DNA of 8,033 nt from Andalucia godoyi And28 (taxonomy: Eukaryota; Protista; Jakobida). Location: positions 210,331 to 218,363 of the forward strand of contig VRVR01000053.1 of NCBI GenBank assembly GCA_009859145.1. The letters run 5' to 3'. Under the pieces are notes generated by a model. It did not search any database. It saw nothing but the letters and a program-made list of their open reading frames with translations, and was not told the origin of the DNA. The translations under genes were made by a program, and so were the position numbers. Shown here piece after piece: positions 1-7,055 of this stretch (the stretch's first letter is position 1; each line of letters opens with the position of its first letter).

Positions 1-360
1 GATGCACTAAATACAGGAACAGAACAGAGAAAAACTGACATGAATGATGCTTTTTTATTAAAGAGCGTTTCCCGATTTGGACTGGTTTTGATGAAAAGGC
101 AAAGACAGGTCAAAAAGGCATCTCCAATATCGTTTTTCTTTTCTCTTTCTTTTGGATTTTCATTGCAAAAAGGATCTTTTGCAGTAGGAATGCGCTTCGC
201 TCTGACTGCAGTCTCCAATTCAACCAGTTCTGCACCTCTCAGAACTCGCCAGACTGTGTTCCAGAGATTGATGGAAGGTATGCCGTTCTTCCTCCGTGGA
301 TGCCCATGCCCTCTGTCACTGGACAACAGGGTCCATCGGAATTGCGCCCTTCAGGCGTAA

Positions 361-2343
361 GAAGCCATCCGTCTTGCATTCGACGAAGAAGAACTGCTGC
401 CAGAGGAAAACTTCACAGAGCCCCACCAGTTGATATCCCTCAGAACTCTCAAGCAACGAACCGCATCCCGGGTGGCAGAGCTGTCCCTTTCTGACATGAT
501 TTGGAGTCTGTTCCCAGGATGCTCTGCTGCATGGAGCGTAGTCATGATGGGCCAGCAGCTACGACCTGCCGTTTTCCAGCGAATCGGAAGACTCGAAATG
601 GAGCCCACTTGTTCGGAACTCGAAGGTGATCTCAGGAAGAATAAGATTCCGATATGTGCATGCGACGAAAGATGTGAAGCATGTGGAGATGTGCAAGCGG
701 GCCGTTATGTCAAGTTGGCCTGCGGGCATGAACTATGCGTAACATGCTTCGCGAGCGTAGACCTCTCGTCCCGAATGAGCCGGTGGCCGGCGTGCTCTTG
801 TTTTCCATTCGGACGATATTTTCAGATTCAAGGCCCGTTCCCTCCAGTAGAAAGCAACGACAAATTTGAATGAGTCCTGGAGAGGACGGAGTGCAGGCAA
901 TCGCATGCGGGGAACTGACAGCAGCTGGAAACGGACACTGTCGCGGAAGAGCTTCCATCGTGAACAGGAAAAAGATATGGAAACTACTTTCGATACAAAT
1001 AATTGTCGATGTTGTTGAATATGCTTGAATATCATCTCAACAGTGGTATGCGTTCTGATGCAGCGAACACGGCAAAGTTGTGGAGTTCAGTGAGTCTCCC
1101 TTGCAATAGAACGTGTTCAAAGCCACCAGAATGGGGACGGACCTTGAAGTCGTTCGGGACTAATCAGCACCTCACTCTACACCGAGGCGATGCCTTCGAA
1201 GCACAGGTTGCTCCATTGATTCGGTGCCGTCAAAAGCAGCGAAGAGAGATATAAATGCCGAAAAAGATGTCAATGGGAAAGTCATTTTGAACTGTGCTGA
1301 TCCACTTCCGTCAAAACCCTACAGGAACGCAAGTGCATGATACCGCAAGAGTGGAGTGATTTCGTATGCACGTGCGTGTGCAGTTCTTCGTGGAGTTCCT
1401 CGTTGGGGTCTCCACATATTCTCTTTGAGGTGAAAGACCGTTTGTGTGGGCCAGTAATAACTGTGCAATGGAGGAAACTTCTCGCCTTTTGCATTGAAAA
1501 GTCTTTGTTGCCGAGCATTTGCTCTTCTAAGAAATTTCTCTACTGTTTTGAAAGGCTGCATGGATGTCTCTGATGATTTCGTTATTGCAAAATGACTTTG
1601 GGAACGGAAGGCCTGTCCGGCTATTGAGTCCGTTTCGGCTGAACAAGACCATCGCTCCGAGAATGCATGCTGTTCTCTGTCCAGGGATGAAGTGCCAAGG
1701 CAATTAGTGGAAGGCCCTTCACAGGATACTCGGAAATCACGTTGCTCGGTGGGTACTTCGCAATATCGAGTGCAGCAGAACCTGCTGCGCTCAAGGTCCA
1801 ATCCAATACTGCTTCAAGATGCCGTACGGGTTGGCTCTTTTCAACGACTGGGTGTGTTCGAGTTGTCCCCGAACACAAAGGAGAATGTGCTCACTCCATT
1901 GAGCTTCTATCTTCCTGTTGTGGAGCGGAATGGGTGAGAGCTGTATTGCTTCCTCCTGCTTTTCTCCATCAAAAGTATTCTTCCGGGTGTTTTTCAGCAC
2001 CACTTGATTGTCTCCTGTCCATTTCGAAAATGGGGGGTGCGACACGGCAAAGAGCACAGCAGGTGCTCGCTGAGCCAACCATGATGGTAATTCTCACGAA
2101 CGTTGATCTCTCCAGAATTCCGTAGGATTGAATTTTCAAACGGCTGCCAAAAGCAGAATATGCGTTGGTACCCCACAAGAATGCTTCATTCCCAAACTGG
2201 AGAATGAACTGCATCAAAGATCCATACAGAGAGAAGAGGAAATCGACATGTGTCGATGGATGGTCGTTGCGGAGAGACATTTGTTCCGAGTGGGCGCGAA
2301 ATCTGGGAAAAACCATCCAGACGTTTGCACGGACAGTCTCTAG
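361..2343 (+). pseudogene. Probable decayed RING-finger + ankyrin-repeat gene with multiple stops and frameshifts; boundaries approximate, may begin at ATG 190
   Basis: RING in frame 1 (673-795). Ankyrin-like remnants follow in frames 3 and 1: LTAAGNGH (915-938), FKATRMGTDLEVVRD (1116-1160), DINAEKDVNGKVILNCA (1248-1298), VEFLVG...*GERPFVWASNNCAMEETSRLL (1390-1491), LLQDAVRVGS (1809-1838), SPNTKENVLTPLSF (1866-1907), LSPVHFENGGCDTAK (2008-2052), GKNHPDVC (2305-2328). These are interrupted by TAA/TAG/TGA stops and frame changes. Confidence 0.55.
673..795 (+). other. C3HC4 (RING-HC) zinc-finger motif with the 7th ligand changed from Cys to Trp
   Basis: C-x2-C-x12-C-x-H-x2-C-x2-C-x12-W-P-A-C. 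TGG at 784-786 is one base from TGC/TGT, which would restore C-P-x-C. Confidence 0.7.
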
Positions 2344-2406
2344 GAGAAACATTCTCTTCTTTGAATAATCTATTACTGCTTTTGGTTTATTTCTGCTTTT
2401 TGAATC

Positions 2407-2478
2407 ATGACTTCAAAACAGCAACTGCTTCTCTCGTTTTTGTTTATCTTTTTCTCGCCATTCTGGCTAGCGTCTGCT
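2407..2478 (+). other. Predicted signal peptide MTSKQQLLLSFLFIFFSPFWLASA, cleavage after A-S-A
   Basis: Basic n-region, hydrophobic core LLLSFLFIFF, and small residues at -3/-1 (A-x-A). Confidence 0.8.
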
Positions 2479-5400
2479 GTCCGCACAAATGTTGCGTTTA
2501 ACGGACGAATTGGATTGTTACCGGAATCCGTCGTGACGCCGCTCAAACTGCAGATTTCTCATGAAGTGTTTGGGAATTCGCTCCACCCGGTGGAATCCAC
2601 GAGGATGATTTTGCAAGCTACAGTTGGAAATGCAACTTGGTGGTCTTCGTTGAAACCGCACATCGAGGCATCGGAGCTGGGTTTAGTAGAGGACAGTGCT
2701 CTTGGTTTTGTCGTCGGTCTTGTGGGTCAATATCGACAGCGATCTTCTCATCAATTCGCTGATTCTAAGCAATTCAATGCAGATCGACTATTGGGGTTGA
2801 CGAAGGATCCTATCAAGATTCAAAAACCAGAATGCATTCATCCTGATCACGTGCATGGCGATCATCAATTGTACACGGGAGCCGTTCATCGACCAGTTGA
2901 CACAGACAGTCATTCCAATACACTATATCGACCGAACCATGCGCATCATGCCCCTCGTGAACCGGCTTCTCTGAATCCGCCAACATTGCTTCACGATGTT
3001 TCTGAAGAATTGATGGAAACCCATGCGATCTCGTATGCGCCGGACTGCGCTGTTCTTGCTGATTTGTACGTGAGTACCGACGGACCCAACTGGAATCGAA
3101 TCAACTGGGGGCCTTCCTTGCCAGCGAACTTCTCCGCAGCATGTTGTACTCCGATACTTGGAGGATATTCGTGCGATCCGGAAACTGGAAGAATTGTGAA
3201 AATTGATTTGAATGCGAATCTGCTGTCGGGACCGATTCCGGCAACTCTGGAGAATCTATCGCTGCTTCAGTATTTGGATCTGTCATTCAACCAGCTGGTT
3301 GGCGTAATTCCAGAAGCAATCGGTTCTAGGCTGAACAAATTGCATCGCTTGGACCTGGATTCGAACCAGCTGAGTGGATCAATTCCGTCGTCACTGGGCA
3401 ATCTGGCCCAACTTCAGATCTTGGCCCTGTTTTCCAATCAACTAACAGGATCCATTCCAGAATCGTTGGGCAATCTGGCCCAGCTTGAGATCTTGGCTCT
3501 GTATTCCAACCATTTAACAGGATCCATTCCAGAATCACTTGGGAATCTTTCGCTGCTTGGGAGTTTATTTTTGTATTCCAATCAGCTGACAGGATCCATT
3601 CCAGAATCCCTGGGCAATCTTTCGCAACTGCGGTATTTATATCTATCGTCCAACCAACTAACAGGATCCATTCCAGAATCCCTGGGCAATCTTTCGCAAC
3701 TGCGGTACTTATATCTATCGTCCAACCAGCTGACAGGATCCATTCCAGAATCACTTGGGAACCTTTCGCTGCTTCAGGAGTTCGCTTCGTCCTCCAATCA
3801 ACTCACTGGATCAATTCCAGCGTCGCTTGGGTATCTGCCGCAGTTGCAGCGGATGGACTTGTCCTCCAATCGGCTGTCTGGATCGATTCCTGCATCGATC
3901 GACAATCTGTCGCAGATTCTAGAGTTGGACTTGTCTTCCAACCAGATGACGGGACGGATTCCTGCATCTATCGGCAATCTGTCGCAGTTGCAGCAACTGG
4001 ACTTGTCTTTCAACCAACTCTCTGGGTCGATTCCTGCATCGCTTGGGAATCTGCTATCTCTTCAGTACTTGGACCTGCAATATAACCAACTCACCGGATC
4101 GATTCCCGCGTCACTGGGGAATCTGTTGTTTCTTCTGCAGTTAGATCTGCAATCCAATCAGCTTAGTGGACCCATTCCAGAATCGCTCGGCAACCTGTCG
4201 CTTCTTCGGCAGTTATATTTGCAATCCAACCAGCTCAGTGGATCGATCCCAGCATCACTTGCGAATTTGGTTGTTTTGCGTGTTTTGGATTTTCACGAAA
4301 ACAACTTGTCAGGCTTTCCCGCGGATCTTTGCACAGCATCCTCGCTGCAAATTGTAGTGCTATCTAACAATGAGTTGGTTGAATTTCCGAATTGCAGTTC
4401 TGCCCCTTTCATTACACTTTTGCTGTCTGCCAACCAACTGTTGAGTTTTCCATTTGATCATGTCTTTTCATGGCCATCTTTGCAGTATCTGGACGTTTCT
4501 CGAAATCATCTTGTCGGATCATTTCCCCTTGTCCCAAACAAGGTTTCATTGAAGGTTTTGTCTCTTGCGCATAACAATTTCACTGGCACGTTTCCCTTAA
4601 CTCCTTGCGGTTATAAATCGGTTGATTTTTCTTCTCCCGAATCGGGGTTGCTCTTGTTGGACGTTTCCGGGAATGACATTTCTGGATTCGCGTTTGGGAA
4701 TCCTGTGTCTGGTTGCGAATCACTGTGCACCAACAACTACTGGTCGTTGACGACTCTCAAACTTTCTGCGAATGGTTTATTGGGAACTGCCACAGATCGA
4801 GTGTGCAATTTTTTCGGTAATACGTGGACGGGTGGATATCTTCCGATATCCCAGTTCCTCAGACTGTTTCCGTCCCTACAAACCCTCGATGTGAGCCACA
4901 ATCACTTGGATGCACCGTTTGACAGTGTCTTTGATCTTCCCCAAATTGTTTCCCTGGACCTAACGCATAATCCGTCTCTGCGTTTGGATATCGCTCTCTC
5001 CCCATTGAATCGACCCAAAATGAATCTGAGTGCATCCTCGCTGTATGCGTACAGTGACAACATGACATGCTACCAATCGACGTATGGGTCGTTGGCGGTG
5101 CAAGTGGACCCATCCTTCTTCGCATTCTCCAACTGTCAATGTCGCTCTGGATATTACGGAAAACCACCAAATTGCCGGAAATGCAACGGGTCTTTATTGA
5201 ATGCAGCATGCTCCTTTCAATCCGATGATGCTCAAAGCTCTTTTTCCTCTAACCCCTTTGTAGCATGGAGTGCAAGCGGCAATATCTTTGCGAATGATGG
5301 TTACTATGCTAGTCCATCGTTCAGTTACCGACAAATGGTGGAAAATGTTGGCTATCCGTCTTCCATTCAGCCTTGCCGTGGCGCTGGAACCGATGAAACC

Positions 5401-6693
5401 CCCTGCAAGTCATCAACAAGCGGACCGTGCTCAAACGGATATGAGGGTCGTTTGTGCTCCAAATGCTCGGTCGGCTTTTTCCAAAGTGGGGATAGTTGCC
5501 TTTCTTGTCCTTCAGGTGTTCCTCTCGTACTATTCGGTATGGTAATCGTTCTTGTTCTCTTCGGGTTGGTCGTGTGGTCGTTTTTCGTTGGCACATCGGC
5601 CTCCGGTTTCGCAAAGATCATTGTGTTCTTTTCGCAGTGTCTCTTCTTCATTCGTGCGCCAATGTCCAGTGGGCTCTATTCAACGACACACAGCGGTTCA
5701 TCCTTTGCGATGATGTCGCTCGCAGGACCAAAGTGCTTCTATCCGGATTGGTCATTCGATACAAATTATGGAGTGGCAGTTGCAAACACGCTCATTTTCC
5801 CGGCCATATCGGGTCTCATCTGGTTCGTAGGCGCACTGATACTGCGAGTGTCTCGCCGAGCATCCGCAGCGCGATCCAAAGCATGGTTGGACCGTTGTCG
5901 GCGAAGTGCTTTGTTTTTGTCTGTCTTCCTCTACATGCAAGCCGTCAACGCCATTCTTGCTCCTCTCGCTTGTTCCCGCGATGAAGGCGACCACGAGGAA
6001 TATTTGATTGCGGTCCCATATCACCGATGTTCGTCAACTTTGCGTGATTTGTCCATCGTGCTGTTGCTTTTCTATGTCATTGGAGGACCTGTTTTGTTAG
6101 CGTGGATTGTTTCTCGCAGTGGTGTGACGACACAGGACGATGCAGTATCGTCTCGCCGTCGCTATGTATATTCGCTGCTCTTCGGCTCGTATCGAGCGGA
6201 GTGTCGTTGGTGGGAGTTGATCGTCACCGTTCGCCGTGTTCTGTTTGTTTCAGCCTTTGCAACTGTGCAATCCCGATCTTCGATTCAAGCGCTCCTTGTG
6301 CTGATGGTGCTTGGTGGGTCTATTCTGCTCAGCAGTTTGTTTTCTCCATTTCGAAGTCTTGCTGAAAATAGTTTGGAAACGCTCTCCCTCCTTGTGCTCT
6401 TGATCAATTTTGGTATTGAACTAAAGTCCCTCTCTGTTGGCGCTGTGGATGTTGAAACTGTGGGAGCTGTTTTATTCGCATTGAACACAGTGACGTTTGC
6501 GAGCTTGGTGCTTGCAATTCTGTCTACCCACTGGCGATCTGTCATGGACCGAGCTGCCAGTGTGATTGGATCCGGAGTACTGGGTGTTGTGCGAAAGGGG
6601 AGCATCCGTGGACGACGAACCGGATCGATGCCACGCCCATCTGGTCAACTGAAGTCTCCGTTGTTGGATTCGGCGGAAAACAGTGAACTGTGA
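2407..6693 (+). CDS. Secreted-ectodomain leucine-rich-repeat / Cys-rich / multi-pass (~9 TM) membrane receptor-like protein, 1428 aa, no introns required
   Basis: Single open frame from ATG 2407 to TGA 6691-6693. It has an N-terminal hydrophobic signal peptide, LxxLxLxxNxLxGxIPxxLGN repeats with about ten N-L-S glycosylation sequons, a CxCxxGYYG...CxxGYxGxLCxxCxxG...CxxC stalk, and ~9 hydrophobic helices. The ORF and repeats are seen directly; the family is inferred from motifs. Confidence 0.93.
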   Translation: MTSKQQLLLSFLFIFFSPFWLASAVRTNVAFNGRIGLLPESVVTPLKLQISHEVFGNSLHPVESTRMILQATVGNATWWSSLKPHIEASELGLVEDSALGFVVGLVGQYRQRSSHQFADSKQFNADRLLGLTKDPIKIQKPECIHPDHVHGDHQLYTGAVHRPVDTDSHSNTLYRPNHAHHAPREPASLNPPTLLHDVSEELMETHAISYAPDCAVLADLYVSTDGPNWNRINWGPSLPANFSAACCTPILGGYSCDPETGRIVKIDLNANLLSGPIPATLENLSLLQYLDLSFNQLVGVIPEAIGSRLNKLHRLDLDSNQLSGSIPSSLGNLAQLQILALFSNQLTGSIPESLGNLAQLEILALYSNHLTGSIPESLGNLSLLGSLFLYSNQLTGSIPESLGNLSQLRYLYLSSNQLTGSIPESLGNLSQLRYLYLSSNQLTGSIPESLGNLSLLQEFASSSNQLTGSIPASLGYLPQLQRMDLSSNRLSGSIPASIDNLSQILELDLSSNQMTGRIPASIGNLSQLQQLDLSFNQLSGSIPASLGNLLSLQYLDLQYNQLTGSIPASLGNLLFLLQLDLQSNQLSGPIPESLGNLSLLRQLYLQSNQLSGSIPASLANLVVLRVLDFHENNLSGFPADLCTASSLQIVVLSNNELVEFPNCSSAPFITLLLSANQLLSFPFDHVFSWPSLQYLDVSRNHLVGSFPLVPNKVSLKVLSLAHNNFTGTFPLTPCGYKSVDFSSPESGLLLLDVSGNDISGFAFGNPVSGCESLCTNNYWSLTTLKLSANGLLGTATDRVCNFFGNTWTGGYLPISQFLRLFPSLQTLDVSHNHLDAPFDSVFDLPQIVSLDLTHNPSLRLDIALSPLNRPKMNLSASSLYAYSDNMTCYQSTYGSLAVQVDPSFFAFSNCQCRSGYYGKPPNCRKCNGSLLNAACSFQSDDAQSSFSSNPFVAWSASGNIFANDGYYASPSFSYRQMVENVGYPSSIQPCRGAGTDETPCKSSTSGPCSNGYEGRLCSKCSVGFFQSGDSCLSCPSGVPLVLFGMVIVLVLFGLVVWSFFVGTSASGFAKIIVFFSQCLFFIRAPMSSGLYSTTHSGSSFAMMSLAGPKCFYPDWSFDTNYGVAVANTLIFPAISGLIWFVGALILRVSRRASAARSKAWLDRCRRSALFLSVFLYMQAVNAILAPLACSRDEGDHEEYLIAVPYHRCSSTLRDLSIVLLLFYVIGGPVLLAWIVSRSGVTTQDDAVSSRRRYVYSLLFGSYRAECRWWELIVTVRRVLFVSAFATVQSRSSIQALLVLMVLGGSILLSSLFSPFRSLAENSLETLSLLVLLINFGIELKSLSVGAVDVETVGAVLFALNTVTFASLVLAILSTHWRSVMDRAASVIGSGVLGVVRKGSIRGRRTGSMPRPSGQLKSPLLDSAENSEL
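3043..3189 (+). other. LRR N-terminal cap (DCAVLADLYVSTDGPNWNRINW...CC...YSCDPETG)
   Basis: Helix-Trp-Cys cap immediately before the first LRR, containing an LYxxTxGxxW motif. Confidence 0.75.
3190..4266 (+). repeat. Coding tandem array of 15 plant-specific-type LRRs: one partial 22-aa unit, one 25-aa unit, then thirteen 24-aa / 72-bp units
   Basis: Units start at 3190, 3256, 3331, 3403, 3475, 3547, 3619, 3691, 3763, 3835, 3907, 3979, 4051, 4123 and 4195. The exact 20-mer ACAGGATCCATTCCAGAATC occurs at 3445, 3517, 3589, 3661 and 3733. GATTCCTGCATC occurs at 3885, 3957 and 4029. Confidence 0.95.
4267..4980 (+). other. About 9 irregular LRRs with Cys-containing insertions
   Basis: LxxLxLxxN cores persist (LRVLDFHEN, LQIVVLSNN, ITLLLSAN, LQYLDVSRN, LKVLSLAHN, LLLLDVSGN, LTTLKLSAN, LQTLDVSHN, IVSLDLTHN), but spacing is variable. 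Confidence 0.8.
5134..5508 (+). other. Cys-rich EGF/laminin/TNFR-like juxtamembrane stalk
   Basis: CQCRSGYYGKPPNCRKC ... PCRG...PCK...PCSNGYEGRLCSKCSVGFFQSGDSCLSC. Confidence 0.8.
5518..6525 (+). other. Multi-pass membrane domain, ~9 hydrophobic segments, resembling the protist CRMP-type / fungal Pkd2-Flc 'TRP-like' membrane module
   Basis: Hydrophobic segments plus motifs KIIVFFSQ, FLYMQAVNAILAPLAC, YVIGGP, YSLLFGSYRAECRWWELIVTVRR (6169-6237) and PFRSLAENSLE (6346-6378). The motifs are seen directly; the family assignment is from recall, not a search. Confidence 0.6.
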
Positions 6694-6868
6694 AGATCTA
6701 AGAAAGTTCTGTGGGTGACGTAAATTGGCTTTTAACAAATACGGAAAATGGTCCACAACACTTTTTCTGATATAATGCTGGGGACTGGTAGAGTCGCGGA
6801 CGGCGAGCAATCTGGTACACAAATATCGCCTGGGGACAACGCCGTTCAGGAGTTATACGTAAAATATT

Positions 6869-6909
6869 AATAAAATAAGGAGTTTGCAATAAAATAGGGA
6901 GTTTGCAAT
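6869..6909 (+). repeat. 19-bp direct tandem duplication, each copy carrying AATAAA (candidate polyadenylation signals for the LRR gene)
   Basis: AATAAAATAAGGAGTTTGC (6869-6887) and AATAAAATAGGGAGTTTGC (6888-6906) are 18/19 identical and followed by a partial AAT. They lie ~175 nt after the stop codon. Confidence 0.75.
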
Positions 6910-6937
6910 CCGACGAATTCCAAGACTGAGACCGGGG

Positions 6938-7055
6938 GTATGTAGAGCTCGTTCACGCGAATGAAACGGTGTGCCACACGCACCGGGGGGTTTTGTCTGA
7001 GAGCCGTTATGCCTCCCGACGTTCTGCTAATTCATGCTTTCCTCTTCAACTACAG
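6938..7055 (+). other. Candidate spliceosomal intron (118 nt)
   Basis: Donor GTATGT at 6938, branch GCTAAT at 7026-7031, pyrimidine tract TTCATGCTTTCCTCTTC, acceptor TACAG ending at 7055. Confidence 0.5.

Noticed and set aside
871-963. TGA codons at an exact 45-nt spacing (871, 916, 961)
   Set aside because: The 45-nt segments share little beyond TGA and one ACGGA, which is consistent with chance.
358-1254. Alternative genetic code or readthrough to explain in-frame stops at 358, 871, 916, 961, 1000 and 1252
   Set aside because: Both TAA and TGA would need reassignment and frameshifts are still required. The 1428-codon neighbour contains no internal stop codon and ends in TGA.
2087-2115. 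29-nt GT-AG mini-intron that would join ORF 1742-2125 to ORF 2128-2343
   Set aside because: It is much shorter than the other candidate introns, and the ankyrin-like remnants in that area lie in other frames, so the join is probably fortuitous.
3445-3752. CRISPR-like pattern: exact 20-nt repeats separated by 52-nt spacers
   Set aside because: The period is exactly 72 nt, in frame within the LRR ORF (TGSIPES). The spacers are homologous to each other, there are no cas genes, and the context is eukaryotic.
3101-4013. Minus-strand ORFs with repeated WILL...DCP peptides (3101-3286, 3326-3754, 3798-4013)
   Set aside because: Antisense shadows of the 72-bp LRR repeats, with no independent coding signal.
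5518-6525. Calling the protein an LGR-type or adhesion 7TM GPCR
   Set aside because: I count about nine hydrophobic segments, see no DRY/NPxxY motifs or GPS cleavage motif, and the LRRs are of the plant-specific class.
4166-6822. Alternative-frame and antisense ORFs overlapping the receptor CDS (e.g. 5496-5984, 4859-5209, 6285-6605)
   Set aside because: No recognisable motifs; expected by-products of a long coding sequence.
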